The translations under genes and the position numbers were made by a program. A DNA stretch of 64,000 nt, taken from the sequence record MT129654.1; one strand, 5' to 3'. The notes under the pieces were generated by a model. It was not told the origin of the DNA. It worked only from the letters and a program-made list of their open reading frames with translations, and ran no database searches. Source of the stretch: Escherichia phage MN04. Below are positions 17,918-28,056 of this stretch, piece by piece; position 1 is the first letter of the stretch; each line of letters opens with the position of its first letter.

Positions 17918-19297
17918 ATGGCTGATGTAATTGATACCCTTTTTAAACAATCCTTAGATGTTTACGATGATGCTTTTACTCGTCGTGACTTAAAAAGCAT
18001 TATCGACAATGAAGCGCTGGCTTATGCAATGTATACTGTCGAAAACCGCGCCATTCCAAATATGATTGATGGCTTTAAACCTGTACAACGTTTTGTAGTT
18101 GCTCGTTGTCTTGATATGGCTCGTGGTAATAAAGAAAAATTCCACAAACTAGCTTCTATTGCAGGTGGTGTAGCCGACCTTGGATATCACCACGGTGAAG
18201 GTTCTGCTCAAGAAGCAGGTGCTCTGATGGCTAACACATGGAACAACAACTTCCCACTGTTGGATGGCCAAGGCAACTTTGGTTCTCGATTAGTTCAAAA
18301 GGCTGCAGCCTCTCGTTATATTTTTGCACGAATTGGAACTAATTTCGCAAAGGTTTATAAGGATACAGAATATGCTCCGGTTCATGCGGATGTCGAACAT
18401 AAGCCACCAGCTTTTTATCTGCCTATTATTCCTACTGTTCTTCTTAATGGTATTTCCGGTATTGCGACTGGTTATGCAACTAATATTCTTCCTCATAGTT
18501 TTGATTCTGTTAAGAAAGCTGTATTGCAGGTTCTTCAAGAAAAACGCGTAACCAAGCCTAAGGTGGCTTATCCGGAATTCCGTGGCGATGTGGTTGAGAT
18601 TGAACCAGGTAGTTATGAACTACGAGGCACGTATAAGTTCACATCTCGAACCCAAATGCATATCACAGAAATCCCGTACAAATACGACCGTGAAACGTAC
18701 GTGGCCAAGGTACTGGACCCTTTAGAAGACAAAGGGTATATCACGTATGATGACGACTGTGACGAGAATGGTTTCGGCTTCAAGGTTAAGATTCGTAAAG
18801 AATATGAATTGCCTACTGAAGAAAATAAGAAGCATGAAAAAATCATGAAGGACTTCGGGTTAATCGAACGTCGTTCGCAAAACCTGACCGTCATTAATGA
18901 GAAAGGTAAACTTAAGGTTTACGAAGATGTAGTTGAACTGATTCGTGATTTCGTTGAGGTCCGTAAGACCTTTGTACAAAAACGTATTGATGGTAAAATC
19001 ATCGAAACCGAAGAAGCTTTCAAACTGGCATTGGCTAAAGCTACATTCATTAAAGATGTTATTGATGGTGTGGTGGTTATCCAAGGTAAGACCCGTAAAG
19101 TTTTAACCGAAGAATTGGCCAGCAATAAAGTCTACGGTGAATACGCTGATAAACTCGTAGCAATGAATATTTTCCATATCACGTCCGATGAAGCTAAGAA
19201 ACTGGCTTTGGAAGCCAAGGCTAAGAAAGAAGAGCACCAATACTGGAAAACCACTGATGTTGTAACTGAGTATGTTAAAGATTTGGAGGCTCTATGA
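17918..19297 (+). CDS. 52: DNA topoisomerase II medium subunit (GyrA-like breakage-reunion)
   Basis: 459 aa; N-terminus DLKSIIDNEALAYAMYTVENRAIPNMIDGFKPVQRFV is the gyrase A-type segment remembered from T4 gp52. Confidence 0.9.
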   Translation: MADVIDTLFKQSLDVYDDAFTRRDLKSIIDNEALAYAMYTVENRAIPNMIDGFKPVQRFVVARCLDMARGNKEKFHKLASIAGGVADLGYHHGEGSAQEAGALMANTWNNNFPLLDGQGNFGSRLVQKAAASRYIFARIGTNFAKVYKDTEYAPVHADVEHKPPAFYLPIIPTVLLNGISGIATGYATNILPHSFDSVKKAVLQVLQEKRVTKPKVAYPEFRGDVVEIEPGSYELRGTYKFTSRTQMHITEIPYKYDRETYVAKVLDPLEDKGYITYDDDCDENGFGFKVKIRKEYELPTEENKKHEKIMKDFGLIERRSQNLTVINEKGKLKVYEDVVELIRDFVEVRKTFVQKRIDGKIIETEEAFKLALAKATFIKDVIDGVVVIQGKTRKVLTEELASNKVYGEYADKLVAMNIFHITSDEAKKLALEAKAKKEEHQYWKTTDVVTEYVKDLEAL

Positions 19298-19398
19298 GCC
19301 TTGGAGTCGAGTTCTTGTTACTCTGTATCTTTGCTGTTATCCTAGGCCTGGCGACAGGCTTAGCTATAGGTTTAATAGCAGCCCACTTTAAAAAGTAA

Positions 19399-19420
19399 GG
19401 AACCTTCGGGTTCCTTTTTG
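19399..19420 (+). terminator. Rho-independent terminator
   Basis: ggaaccttcgggttcc hairpin followed by tttttg. Confidence 0.7.
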
Positions 19421-19438
19421 GGTTTAGTGCAAAAAAGT

Positions 19439-19467
19439 GTTTACATCTGCTTTAAACATGATACTAT
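19439..19467 (+). promoter_or_regulatory. T4-type early promoter with overlapping MotA-box-like TGCTTTA (copy 1 of a 56-nt cassette)
   Basis: GTTTAC 19439-19444, tgcttta 19448-19454, TACTAT 19462-19467. Confidence 0.6.
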
Positions 19468-19515
19468 AGACCTATCAAATAAATGAACTGAAACAAACAA
19501 CCCGGAGATACAAAA

Positions 19516-19743
19516 ATGAAATTTAAAATCGAAAACGAAATCGTTAAAGCTAAAAATGCTCTGACTGCTAACAAACTGGTTGTAGATGGTATTGAATATG
19601 ATATCTGTGGAGTTCGTGAAGAAAAACCCGGTGTTCTGACTTTCTTCACAATGATTTTTAAATTTAAAGGTGACACAGAATTCAAACAGTTTGATTTTGC
19701 CCCTGAAGACGAAATCGAAGTTCGTAATCTGAACATTAAGTAA
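19516..19743 (+). CDS. Hypothetical protein flanked by duplicated promoter cassettes
   Basis: 75-aa ORF with SD ggag upstream. Confidence 0.45.
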   Translation: MKFKIENEIVKAKNALTANKLVVDGIEYDICGVREEKPGVLTFFTMIFKFKGDTEFKQFDFAPEDEIEVRNLNIK

Positions 19744-19782
19744 GTACTTTATTAGAGCTCTTGAAAAAGAGCTCAAAATAAA

Positions 19783-19811
19783 GTTTACTTCTGCTTTAAA
19801 CATGATACTAT
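19783..19811 (+). promoter_or_regulatory. T4-type early/middle promoter of motA (copy 2 of the 56-nt cassette)
   Basis: GTTTAC 19783-19788, tgcttta 19792-19798, TACTAT 19806-19811; 55/56 nt identical to 19439-19494. Confidence 0.6.
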
Positions 19812-19848
19812 AGACCTATCAAATAAATGAACTGAAACGGAGATTAAA

Positions 19849-20484
19849 ATGTCTAAAATTACTTATATCATCAAAGCTTCTGAAGACGCCCTGAATGAAA
19901 AAACCGCTTCAATCTTAGTACATATCATCAAGCATAACTTCATCACTTCAGGCGAAGTCCGTGAAGCCCTGAGTGAACAATTTAGTGCAGCGGTAGTTAA
20001 CTCTAACATTGGTGTATTGATTAAGAAAGGATTCATCGAAAAATCTGGTGATGGACTGGTGGCTACGGGTGAAGCAATGGACCTAGTTCAAAAAGCTGCT
20101 GACCTGTTCGCTTCTGAAAATGCTCCAGAGATGTTGGAAAAACGTAAAACTCGCAGTTCACGTGGTGTTACTCCTGAAATGGTAGTATTGGCTGGTGAAG
20201 TTAAATCTTTGTTAGAAGACCGAATCGAGATTCGTGAAATCGCTGAAAACCGTAGCAATCTTGAAGTTCGATTCGCTAAACGTACCAACGGTATTCGTCA
20301 AATCGAAGTCCGTCGTGACGGAATGATGCGTATCTTCGGTTATAATATGACCGATAAAGAAAAACAAGTGTTTACTTCCTTGAATCTTGATGTTAAGATT
20401 AAGACTGGTGGTAAGAATACTTATATCGACTTCCAAAACGTATCATCTGAAGTTATCAAAACCGTAACCAACGCAATTATCTGA
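19849..20484 (+). CDS. motA: MotA middle-transcription activator
   Basis: 211 aa, same length as T4 MotA; N-terminus MSKITYIIKAS ... VNSNIGVLIKKG ... EKSGDGL matches T4 MotA as remembered. Confidence 0.9.
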   Translation: MSKITYIIKASEDALNEKTASILVHIIKHNFITSGEVREALSEQFSAAVVNSNIGVLIKKGFIEKSGDGLVATGEAMDLVQKAADLFASENAPEMLEKRKTRSSRGVTPEMVVLAGEVKSLLEDRIEIREIAENRSNLEVRFAKRTNGIRQIEVRRDGMMRIFGYNMTDKEKQVFTSLNLDVKIKTGGKNTYIDFQNVSSEVIKTVTNAII

Positions 20485-20498
20485 CTGAGGAAATTATT

Positions 20499-20828
20499 AT
20501 GAACAAGCTGAATATTGTTAATGAACTTCGTCGTTGTGCAGAACCTACTCAAGAAGGTTGGGATATTTGGTACCATGGCGCTTATCTCGGCACTATTGTT
20601 AAGATTAAAGCAGGTAAATACTTAATCATCCGTGGTGGTTCTGAAGCTTCTATGGGAATTCGTAAGAACTTTATGGCAGCCATCAGCACCTTTGTTCCAG
20701 CTGCTTATGAAGTCTATAAAGCCGACTACAAAGAATACCAGGAATCACAACCGGTTATTCGTTCAATTGGTGTTAATAAAGCTCAACAGAAAACTTTATG
20801 GCAACGTGTTAAAGGATGGTTCAAATGA
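20499..20828 (+). CDS. Hypothetical protein
   Basis: 109-aa ORF preceded by ctgaggaaattattatg. Confidence 0.4.
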   Translation: MNKLNIVNELRRCAEPTQEGWDIWYHGAYLGTIVKIKAGKYLIIRGGSEASMGIRKNFMAAISTFVPAAYEVYKADYKEYQESQPVIRSIGVNKAQQKTLWQRVKGWFK

Positions 20829-21163
20829 TTCCGATGGAACTTAACTGGGACGGCGAAGGTCATTCCCTTAAATTGATTGAAGAACAGCGTAATGATTGGG
20901 ACGAGCGTGTAGCTTTAGTAAACGGTATTAAGAAAATTTACCAACTCAACCTTCATATTGACAATGTTCATCTTGAATTTGGTATGCAGTTATTGCGGTT
21001 TCTTGAGATTATTTTTATAGAAAAGGTAAACATAACTTCGCATGGTGCTGGCCAATCGGTTGTTATTAAATTATCATCCTATTATAAAGGTGATTTAATT
21101 GAAACAGCCACCAAAATTCAAGAATTTGCTAAAGATAACGGCCATAAGGTGATTTTCAAATGA
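20816..21163 (+). CDS. Hypothetical protein
   Basis: 115-aa ORF overlapping neighbours by a few nt (operon-like packing). Confidence 0.4.
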   Translation: MVQMIPMELNWDGEGHSLKLIEEQRNDWDERVALVNGIKKIYQLNLHIDNVHLEFGMQLLRFLEIIFIEKVNITSHGAGQSVVIKLSSYYKGDLIETATKIQEFAKDNGHKVIFK

Positions 21164-21648
21164 ATCCATTAAAAGGTAAAGAATTATCCTTTAAAGACCG
21201 TATGGCTTTATTAGATAAAGCTCTTTCTCGTGAAACACCTGAAAGCTTAGCAGCTAAATTACGAGCCTATGGTGATTACACTGAATATTCGGAAGAGGAT
21301 GTTTTGGAAGAGGTTCCTGAAATCTGTTGGCAGATTGCTCATTGGAACAACAATGAAAAATATCAGCGACGAATTGTGTGTGCAGCCAATCGCTTTAAGT
21401 TAAAAGACGGCGGGACTTTGGTTATTCCTGGCGCGCGTCATTATTCAAAAGATATGGCGGAAGTGCTTGACCAAGTAAGTGATAAACTTGTGTCAGAGCA
21501 TGTTTGCGGTGATGACCAAGGATTTATCGACCAATACTCAAATTATTGGACTCGCGAAGAAGCAATGATTATTGCAACATATGCTAATCAAGTTCGTATT
21601 GAACGTGGTGGTAGTGAAAAAGAACTTTACTCTGAGGACCTTTACTAA
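21160..21648 (+). CDS. Hypothetical protein
   Basis: 162-aa ORF; no motif recognised with confidence. Confidence 0.4.
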   Translation: MNPLKGKELSFKDRMALLDKALSRETPESLAAKLRAYGDYTEYSEEDVLEEVPEICWQIAHWNNNEKYQRRIVCAANRFKLKDGGTLVIPGARHYSKDMAEVLDQVSDKLVSEHVCGDDQGFIDQYSNYWTREEAMIIATYANQVRIERGGSEKELYSEDLY

Positions 21649-21929
21649 TGAATCTTAAACAACTCCAGATTGATGCAATCGAAGCCCATATCAACCATAT
21701 TAAACGTCTGAATGTTATGGTGGAAGATAATTGGGGAACTTATGTCAACCAACCGGCTTGGGATGCATTAGATCATGAATATATAAAGAATATTAGTTCT
21801 AAGACAATTCATGGGAATATGGAAGGGTTGAAGCCGTTCCTACGTGATATGTATATTGCAACTAATAAAGAAATTATCAGTTCTCTTGAATATCAATTAA
21901 GGAAATTACGTGAACAATCTTGTAGCTAA
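21648..21929 (+). CDS. Hypothetical protein (size and position compatible with T4 arn; unverified)
   Basis: 93-aa ORF upstream of asiA. Confidence 0.3.
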   Translation: MNLKQLQIDAIEAHINHIKRLNVMVEDNWGTYVNQPAWDALDHEYIKNISSKTIHGNMEGLKPFLRDMYIATNKEIISSLEYQLRKLREQSCS

Positions 21930-22162
21930 GCACGATTTCAATAAGGCTTCGGTCCATAAGGACAAGAAGAAAAATTTTAAAGAGTCCAAGCGTAAGCAGA
22001 AACATAAGGGTAAAGGGTATGAGTCATAACTTAGAGAATACCGTAACAGGTATGCGTACGCGTGAGCAGGAGTGCTTTGAGGAATTCCTAGGAGCTGATT
22101 TTAAGTTCCAGGAACCTATTGAAGAAATGTATCAGGAATATGTTAAAAAGAACGAAGAACAT

Positions 22163-22191
22163 GTTTACAATCCATAAGGATATGTTATTAT
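22163..22191 (+). promoter_or_regulatory. T4-type early promoter of asiA
   Basis: GTTTAC 22163-22168, TATTAT 22186-22191. Confidence 0.6.
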
Positions 22192-22232
22192 AGCCTTATC
22201 AGATAATGTCGTACTGAATTGAAGAGAATATT

Positions 22233-22508
22233 ATGACTAAAATTGAAATCGTTTCCGAAATTGCTACTATTGTTTCCATTTTGATTAAAACGGATTGTGA
22301 AGACATCATGCAACGCCGTGATGAGTTTATTGCCTTTTTGAATGAGTTGGGTATTCGTAATGAACATGGAAAGGAACTTAACGGTCTATCTTTTAATAAA
22401 CTCTTTAAGTCTTTAACTGAAGATGAACGTGATACTCTTATTGAGCAATTTAATGAAGGGTATGAAGATATACACCGTTATCTAATGATGTATACCTCCA
22501 ATTTTTAA
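22233..22508 (+). CDS. asiA: AsiA anti-sigma-70 factor
   Basis: 91 aa; IAFLNELGI ... LIEQFNEGYEDIHRYLMMYT matches T4 AsiA (90 aa) as remembered. Confidence 0.9.
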   Translation: MTKIEIVSEIATIVSILIKTDCEDIMQRRDEFIAFLNELGIRNEHGKELNGLSFNKLFKSLTEDERDTLIEQFNEGYEDIHRYLMMYTSNF

Positions 22509-23158
22509 CGAGTTCGACCTAATGTCCTCCCGGCCTGACCACACATAGACGAAAGTCTAGGAAATCCTAAATCCGGTTTGATGTCATACCAGTATAATGA
22601 TATCGAACCGGCATAGATGTTATCCAAATTAAAAAACGGACATGAAAACATATACGTGAAATGGGTTTTCTTCTTTGTAGGAAGGAACACAGTTTCTGTA
22701 CTTGATTCAAAATAATTCCCGTTAACTCCCGCCATATACTCCACTGACGTTTTGTCAATCGGAAATCCTCCCGTATTTTTTGCGTCTACCGTTTCCGGTA
22801 ATTTACCCTCATAAGCAACCATGTCCACAAAATAATTCATGTTGGTTGGTCTAAAAGAATATATTGCTGTGAAGTCTGCGCCTGAAGAAGAATGCACTAT
22901 TCGGAGCTGCTCGATAGCCGCAATTTTAAATCTATTGTCCTGGTCTTGTCTAATCATTTCAGTATAAGAGGCATAAGTTGTCTCTTTATAAAAGTTTAGA
23001 ATATATTCGCCTTTATACCAAACCAGTGCCATAAAGAACAATAATATTACGACTAGGACCCGGGAAAAAACTACTTTCCCGGAAGAAGTATCTTTAAAAA
23101 TTCTATCAAGAAGTCCAAAAAGTAGGTCTGATAATGAAAATCCTACTTTTGGTTCCAT
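22505..23158 (-). CDS. t: Holin T
   Basis: 217 aa; LLDRIFKD ... FSRVLVVILLFFMALVWYKG, single N-terminal TM helix and large periplasmic domain as in T4 T (218 aa). Confidence 0.9.
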   Translation of the reverse strand: MEPKVGFSLSDLLFGLLDRIFKDTSSGKVVFSRVLVVILLFFMALVWYKGEYILNFYKETTYASYTEMIRQDQDNRFKIAAIEQLRIVHSSSGADFTAIYSFRPTNMNYFVDMVAYEGKLPETVDAKNTGGFPIDKTSVEYMAGVNGNYFESSTETVFLPTKKKTHFTYMFSCPFFNLDNIYAGSISLYWYDIKPDLGFPRLSSMCGQAGRTLGRTR

Positions 23159-23176
23159 ACTTTTCTCCTTTAAAGA

Positions 23177-23184
23177 TATTTATA
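23177..23184 (-). promoter_or_regulatory. T4 late promoter TATAAATA (minus strand) upstream of t
   Basis: plus-strand tatttata at 23177-23184 = TATAAATA on the coding strand of t. Confidence 0.6.
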
Positions 23185-23200
23185 ATTTAATACTTTCGTA

Positions 23201-23974
23201 TTATAACCAAGAGCCGTAGATAGTGCCTGTAGCGCCCCATGATGGGGCGGAACCGAATACTGCTCTACCAGGAGCACCACCACCCGACCTGGATAAGTTT
23301 TTACCCCATCCATCTCCGCCCCAACCTCCAGCATCACCGCCATTGCCTCCGCCGAATTGGGAAGTGTAACCGGCGCCACCTGGACCATCATAACTAGCAT
23401 TGCCACCTGGCCAATTAACACCACCGCCGCCGAGACCAAATGGTCTGCCGCCACCGCCACCTGCTGTAGAATTTGCAGGCCAACTATTCTGTAATGATAC
23501 GGCACCGCCGCCACCACCACCGGAGGCTATCACACCATAATTCCAAATGCGAAGTCGCCCACCAATATCATTTTGGATTACGTCACCACCATTAGTGCCT
23601 GGGCTTCCATTTACGCTACCATTACCACCTCGGCCCCACATATGAACACCACCATGAATATTCAAAGTAACATATTCGTTAGGGGTATCACCGTACATAA
23701 AGAACAACGGAACATCTTTAGTATATGATACTAAGTTGCCTGTGATATTAAACACTATAGGAGCACCGCCGGCTTCAAAACAACGGTCTCTAAACCATTG
23801 CCCGTTAAAGTTATGGTCGGCCCCAAGCGTGTGAATTACTTCAACAGATCGACCTATCATATTACTCATCCAAAAAGGAACACCCATTCTTAATCTTACG
23901 GCTGCTCCTGCCATCCAAGGGTCTCCAGTTTGTACCCTTGCAGACCATCCTACCCACGGTCCTTCAACTGCCAT
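23201..23974 (-). CDS. 38: Long-tail-fibre tip adhesin gp38, T2-type with glycine-rich motifs
   Basis: 257 aa from ATG 23974 (track starts at upstream TTG); repeated poly-Gly blocks (GGGGGG, GGGGG, GGGG) separated by short variable segments; directly downstream of gp37. Confidence 0.85.
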   Translation of the reverse strand: MAVEGPWVGWSARVQTGDPWMAGAAVRLRMGVPFWMSNMIGRSVEVIHTLGADHNFNGQWFRDRCFEAGGAPIVFNITGNLVSYTKDVPLFFMYGDTPNEYVTLNIHGGVHMWGRGGNGSVNGSPGTNGGDVIQNDIGGRLRIWNYGVIASGGGGGGAVSLQNSWPANSTAGGGGGRPFGLGGGGVNWPGGNASYDGPGGAGYTSQFGGGNGGDAGGWGGDGWGKNLSRSGGGAPGRAVFGSAPSWGATGTIYGSWL

Positions 23975-24005
23975 ATAAACCTCCAAGGGGCCTAAGCCCC
24001 TCTTA

Positions 24006-27000
24006 TTATTTTAACAATGATTTAACTAAAGCTTTAAGTTCTTCAATCTCTGATTTCAATTCTGTTATTTCGGCAGTATGCTCATTGATTGCAGCTGTAT
24101 TTAAACCAATTACACCGTTATAGTTCAAACGAAGTAAAGCTTCACTATTAGGGTCACCTTCAACCAATTCAGGTAAAATAGCTTGAACTTCTTGGGCAAT
24201 TAAACCAGCATTAGGTTCCCATTTCTGATTACCTTCCTCATCTAGGCCTCGCTTCTGCATATAAGTGTAACCGTTAATTTTAGAAAGCTTCTGAGAAGCA
24301 TTTTCAAATTTAACAAGGTCTTTTTTAACGCGAATATCAGAACGAACATAAACATCACGGACATATGTAGAATAGGCATCACTTTGTTGGATTAAATGAC
24401 CAAAAGAAATAATAGCCCTTCCTGTTTCGGTCCACAAAGCACCGGTGGTATCCCAAAGACCTTGATGGATATGGTAAGAGCTAGACCAAGATGCAATATG
24501 CATACCATTGGCAACCATATTGATTCGGCCATCACCGCCGTGTGATAATCCTGTGTCATTATCACCAATAGCAATACTAGGAGAGCCTAATCCGTTAACA
24601 GTTCCAACACCAATGGCAGGAGTCTGGACTAAAGTCGGGGCGTAAAATAAACCGCTAGAGTGGAATTCGAAAATACCTACAGGACCGTCGCCACGCTCGG
24701 CATTACCTACTCGAATTATCGCTTGTCCCCATGCTTGTGGAGTACGACGCATGCCTAATTCAACAGAAGTAGTATAACCCTGACCACTAATTACAGATCG
24801 GCCTTTAATAATGGGATAATAACTGTCTTCACCCACACTACCAAACTCAAGGAAATAAGGTGCTTCTAAGCCCCATTGGTCACCCCATGCACCAGATTTA
24901 TGTGCAATCCAGTTGGAACCGTTCATATAAATACGGTCTCGGTTTACATTGAATACTGAAGCACCTTGTGGAGATAAAACAACCTCACCATTATGGGTGA
25001 TATTAATACCACCTTGGGATTGGAAGCTCCAGAAGGCTAAACCGTTATCAGCACCACCATTACCTACATACCAGTTATCAACACCACCTTTTTTACCCTT
25101 AACATAACCAGCTTCATCTGCCGGATAATCAATAACAATAGCGTCTGAATTGGTTTTAAGAGTTAAGCGGCCTGTCATTGTGTCCCCGCCTTTACCAACA
25201 CGAGTATTCACCGCTGCGTCAAGGTTAGTAGCACCGCTATACTTGTTCCAAATAGAACCTGCAATATTACCATCAGTATTCATGAAAGCTGTACCGGCAT
25301 ATAAGCGGTTCTGAGCCATGAAGTTACCTTCTTTGGTAAAGCGCCAATATTTTAATCCTGTAGCATCACCATCACCAAGCAAATCACCTTGAGCAACAAT
25401 TCGATATTCACTTGTAGCTCGGTCCATACCTTGAGTAACAGTTACGTTCGAATCAATATTTTTCTGCTTAGTAATAGGGTAAAATGCTTGAGTTGCAGCA
25501 TCGAGCGTTTGATATACCAGAGCTTTAGTCGTGTTCTGGTTGGCATAAGATGCACCGTTACTATTAGGGAATTCTAATGCACCATTACCCCTAAAATAAA
25601 CCTGGTCTGCTTCTAAGTTAGGGATTTTAACCCGACCGGTGTCTAACATAATACTTAATGGGCGTAATGGACCCAATCCGCCACTTTCACCAGCATTAAC
25701 ATTGGTTGGGATAATATGTAGCTGGTCTTCTGAATTTCGAAAAATAACACCATACTTATCATTCCAAATACGAAGACCACTAGCAGCGCGGACTTTAATT
25801 TCATTGGAAACATATAGATTGCGTTTTAAAGATGTATCTTGACTGACAGACAATCCTTCGACGATGTTCATCGTGCCGTTTAAATAAGATTCGACTTTAC
25901 CTGCCGTATTTCGTTGAATATAGTGCATCCAGCCGGTAGCATCAGATGTTTCCAATACGTTTTTACGAGAACCACCTACCGTATTAAAAGTGTCACCCCA
26001 ACCTTTGAGCTCTATATTATCAACTGAACTATATCCTGAGGTACTTCCTTTAAAAAGCACAGTGGAAGCGTTACCACGACCGTCAATATTAACCGAACCA
26101 CCACGGACTTCAACGTTACCAGGAGTAACCAACAACCCACCATCAGTGTTAACGTTTGTTACACCTTTACCACGGAAATAATGGTGGTATTTACCACTCT
26201 GATGATAACCTAAAAGAGTCTGCCCATCACCAAAGCCGTTTTTATCATTAGTAGTATTAACAATAACTAATGGATAGTTTTGAGCTGTAGGAAGAATTAA
26301 ATCAGAACCGTTGGTTGAATAACCCGCAACTAACTGTTTAAGGCTTGTAACTTCAGTCGGAGTTGTAAGTAAAGTATAAGCTCCATTATTAACTGTATGG
26401 AACTGGCCGTCTTGTTTCCATTTCAAACCTGTGTTATTGTCACCAAGAGCAATTGAAGCCGTCCCTAATTCAGAATATCCTTTAGGGCCACCTGGAAGAC
26501 CTACAGAAATAGAATGACCGGCTTTCAATCCACCTGCCCAGTTAAACGACAAAATATAAGTGTCTAAGCCATCTCCGGAATACCAGGCTATTCCGTCATT
26601 AACATTAACTTCGTGGAAAATACCTGCTCCTACAGCATTTCGCATAACACGGAGGTGGTTAATAGCCGTTTCGCTTTCTGCCAATGGAGTGTTATTTGAT
26701 AATGAAGATATATCGTAATCGCCGGCGGCTTTACCGTCGGTAATAACTTTATTAGTATAAATTATTGGAGATTTTACCGATGTTCCACCAGAAATAGATG
26801 GAGCATAAAATAAACCGTCACCGTTGAATGCAAAAATATTAGATGTTGAATTAGTGTAATCCTGAACACGAACATTTAAGATTTGCTTGGTATCCCCAGC
26901 ACGGTTTTGAGAATAAATTATGCCTCTTTCACGCGCATCAGCCAAATCCTGGAATCGAACGTGGGTAGTTCCTGCACCCCGTACAAGAACTTCACCGTTA

Positions 27001-27320
27001 TCTGTCATTAGGCGAGATTTTGCTGTGATATCACCATTTGCTGTTATACTTCCGGATGTCGTATAACTACCTGTTTGGGTAAAAGCACCCTTCAGGGCAT
27101 AATCGCCGGTCTGGTTGTAGTTACCGTTATGAATAACGTTTCCGTCGATATTACCACCTTTAGCAAAGCCAAGGTCGATAATCGCTCCAGTGTCATCTTT
27201 GGTAAATAACAAACGGTCTTTTAAGTTAATAGCCAGCTCGCCTTCAGCCAACTGCGCTGGCGTAGGACGTACACCAGCTACTTTACTTCTTTTAAATTGT
27301 ATCTGTTTTAAAGTAGCCAT
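24006..27320 (-). CDS. 37: Long tail fibre distal subunit gp37
   Basis: 1104 aa; N-terminus [43 protein letters not shown] matches T-even gp37. Confidence 0.92.
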   Translation of the reverse strand: MATLKQIQFKRSKVAGVRPTPAQLAEGELAINLKDRLLFTKDDTGAIIDLGFAKGGNIDGNVIHNGNYNQTGDYALKGAFTQTGSYTTSGSITANGDITAKSRLMTDNGEVLVRGAGTTHVRFQDLADARERGIIYSQNRAGDTKQILNVRVQDYTNSTSNIFAFNGDGLFYAPSISGGTSVKSPIIYTNKVITDGKAAGDYDISSLSNNTPLAESETAINHLRVMRNAVGAGIFHEVNVNDGIAWYSGDGLDTYILSFNWAGGLKAGHSISVGLPGGPKGYSELGTASIALGDNNTGLKWKQDGQFHTVNNGAYTLLTTPTEVTSLKQLVAGYSTNGSDLILPTAQNYPLVIVNTTNDKNGFGDGQTLLGYHQSGKYHHYFRGKGVTNVNTDGGLLVTPGNVEVRGGSVNIDGRGNASTVLFKGSTSGYSSVDNIELKGWGDTFNTVGGSRKNVLETSDATGWMHYIQRNTAGKVESYLNGTMNIVEGLSVSQDTSLKRNLYVSNEIKVRAASGLRIWNDKYGVIFRNSEDQLHIIPTNVNAGESGGLGPLRPLSIMLDTGRVKIPNLEADQVYFRGNGALEFPNSNGASYANQNTTKALVYQTLDAATQAFYPITKQKNIDSNVTVTQGMDRATSEYRIVAQGDLLGDGDATGLKYWRFTKEGNFMAQNRLYAGTAFMNTDGNIAGSIWNKYSGATNLDAAVNTRVGKGGDTMTGRLTLKTNSDAIVIDYPADEAGYVKGKKGGVDNWYVGNGGADNGLAFWSFQSQGGINITHNGEVVLSPQGASVFNVNRDRIYMNGSNWIAHKSGAWGDQWGLEAPYFLEFGSVGEDSYYPIIKGRSVISGQGYTTSVELGMRRTPQAWGQAIIRVGNAERGDGPVGIFEFHSSGLFYAPTLVQTPAIGVGTVNGLGSPSIAIGDNDTGLSHGGDGRINMVANGMHIASWSSSYHIHQGLWDTTGALWTETGRAIISFGHLIQQSDAYSTYVRDVYVRSDIRVKKDLVKFENASQKLSKINGYTYMQKRGLDEEGNQKWEPNAGLIAQEVQAILPELVEGDPNSEALLRLNYNGVIGLNTAAINEHTAEITELKSEIEELKALVKSLLK

Positions 27321-27328
27321 AATGCCTC

Positions 27329-27976
27329 TTAATAATAACCAAAATCTTGAATAGAATCTTTTTGAACAATCTGGTCAAAGCGAGGAACGTGTCCTGCACC
27401 AGAGGCCGGATTCCGTGAAATAAAGTTAGGAGCCGCTAGCACTCCATCCATTATTTGCATGTCAGTATTATTTATTTGGACCTGTTTTGCGTTATCTACT
27501 AATGACAATCCAACTTGAGCTTTAGTAGGGGTGTTGCCTGGGCTGAATACGCGGCCTGATTCATCATATACTTGACGGAATAATGAATCACCCATTACGG
27601 TAAGACGTTTAGCCCCAACTGTTGTATTTGGGTCAAATATCATAAACGGAGTACCATCTTCCGTTTCATATCCAAAAGCACCTTTAATACGGAAAGAAGC
27701 TGTGAACGGAGCCCCGCCGGTTCTTGCTCCTAATTTAATACCATATCCATTAGTATCATTAAAGGTCAAACCTTTTTCAAAATACACGTTGTTCTTATAA
27801 TTACCGCCGTTAGCTTTTGAAACGAAATCGTTATCAACTGCTTGAGGTTTATTATACTCGGTGTAAACTTTATATGTTTTGTAAAGAAGGTCATTTGATA
27901 CAGGCGTTAAGGGGAAATTACCTTGGTGCCATAATACCGAACCTCCTGCTGTAGAACCTAATTTTAAATCTGCCAT
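27329..27976 (-). CDS. 36: Long tail fibre distal connector gp36
   Basis: 215 aa; MADLKLGSTAGGSVLWHQGNFPL ... HVPRFDQIVQKDSIQDFGYY matches T4 gp36 termini as remembered. Confidence 0.9.
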   Translation of the reverse strand: MADLKLGSTAGGSVLWHQGNFPLTPVSNDLLYKTYKVYTEYNKPQAVDNDFVSKANGGNYKNNVYFEKGLTFNDTNGYGIKLGARTGGAPFTASFRIKGAFGYETEDGTPFMIFDPNTTVGAKRLTVMGDSLFRQVYDESGRVFSPGNTPTKAQVGLSLVDNAKQVQINNTDMQIMDGVLAAPNFISRNPASGAGHVPRFDQIVQKDSIQDFGYY

Positions 27977-28033
27977 TTTGAGTTTCCTTTGGGAGTTATA
28001 GCCTTTTATATATATTTATGGCTGTAGAAAACG

Positions 28034-28056
28034 AAAAAAAGGAACCCGAAGGTTCC
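28034..28056 (-). terminator. Rho-independent terminator on minus strand after gene 35
   Basis: ggaacccgaaggttcc hairpin preceded on plus strand by aaaaaaa (T-run on minus strand). Confidence 0.6.

Noticed and set aside
23170-23520. 116-aa minus-strand ORF overlapping gp38 in another frame
   Set aside because: Alternative-frame translation of the glycine-rich (GC-rich) repeat region; gp38 frame is the one with homology and correct context.
24392-26181. Short ORFs on both strands inside gene 37
   Set aside because: Embedded within the gp37 coding region with no independent signals.
27977-28033. Late promoter for gene 36 (tatatatatttatgg)
   Set aside because: Closest match is tatttatg, not tatttata; too weak to call.
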